A DNA stretch of 63,402 nt, counting the filler, from Octopus bimaculoides (taxonomy: Eukaryota): the NCBI RefSeq assembly GCF_001194135.2. It is 6 parts of 6 records of this genome, joined end to end, with 100 filler letters (N's around TTAATTAATTAA, not from the genome) between each part and the next. Parts side by side here need not be neighbours in the genome. Positions count along the whole stretch, not along the records: positions 60,220 to 63,402 come from NC_068989.1; 5 more parts are not named here. The stretch is one strand, 5' to 3'. Position 1 is the first letter of the stretch; every line of letters begins with the position of its first letter. A program made the position numbers and the translations under genes. The notes beneath the pieces were generated by a model. It saw only the letters and a list, made by a program, of their open reading frames with translations. It did not search any database and was not told the origin of the DNA. Shown one piece after another: positions 62,778 through 63,402 of the stretch.

Positions 62778-63159
62778 ATAGTTTAATTATATTGAAAATC
62801 ATGCTTGTTAGTATGGATGTGATATTTCTAGGTTTACTGCGGCGGGCAAAAATTTCCAAAGAAAAAGGTCCCCGGGCGGATCACTTATATTTGTGTAAAT
62901 CTTGTATATATCTATGTATAATTCGATATACATTAATAAAGGTAAGTTTAATACATTAAATTAACGGGTAACATCATTAACGCCGCCACTGAATTTAGGA
63001 CGTTTATATAACTTATGATCGATACTATATTTTTCAAGTAGAGTGTATTTGAGTCTCAAGGGGATGGTACAAAGGTAGCAATGTGTGTCTTATCGTGATA
63101 ACAAAATTTCCAGTCAAATGGCAATTGCCGGACAATTTCTGTTCGAGTGTAACTGTTTT

Positions 63160-63270
63160 AAGTTGTAGTGACGCCTTAATAGCAGTCATTTCCGGAAAGT
63201 TTATCCACGCATGCGCAGGGACTAGTTCCGGAAGGAATACAGGAAGAGTCTCATGCGCATGCGTAGTCAT
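63160..63270. promoter_or_regulatory. TATA-less housekeeping-type promoter motif cluster
   Basis: Two NRF1-like sites (63207-63217, 63253-63264), two TTCCGGAA ETS-like palindromes (63190-63197, 63226-63233) and an ACTACAA-type motif on - (63160-63169), all in CpG-rich context. Confidence 0.6.
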
Positions 63271-63402
63271 CGACATCCAAGCTTTCGCGCTTCTTTTCAG
63301 TCTCTTCGTTCACTGATCTCCGTCGAGCCTAGACGTTCCACAGAGCTCTCTCACAACTCAGCACCAGGGCTACACAAATAACCACGAACTTCATTGAAGG
63401 CG

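Noticed and set aside
63034-63316. 80-aa and 77-aa ORFs at the right edge
   Set aside because: No homology recognised; they overlap promoter-like motifs and are probably incidental.

Overview
AT-rich, microsatellite-dense animal genomic DNA with many N gaps. The repeat content and style suggest a cephalopod (Octopus-like) draft assembly; this is inference, not a database result. Five 100-nt joins carry an artificial TTAATTAATTAA linker. One host gene is clearly recognisable: the large terminal exon of a chondroitin sulfate synthase (CHSY1/3-like) gene on + (50445-52237, split by an N gap). A candidate signal-anchor first coding exon lies on - at the left edge, and an NRF1/ETS-type promoter motif cluster lies at the right edge. 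The rest is decayed mobile DNA: three tRNA-derived SINE families, CR1, L2-like, RTE, Tx1/L1 and R4/Dong-type LINE fragments, Tc1, mariner, hAT and Helitron pieces. The most interesting signal is a set of type I hammerhead ribozymes with the non-canonical U3-A8 core. An apparently intact one (32289-32350) sits in a 359-nt unit with 22-nt terminal redundancy. Homologous 353-nt units form a tandem pair at 24.4-25.1 kb, and a much older AT-decayed array at 3.7-6.0 kb may belong to the same family. A second, unrelated U3-A8 hammerhead lies at 9594-9640. Together these look like a retrozyme-like (small circular RNA-templated) element family caught at several ages. All alignments and folds were done by eye.
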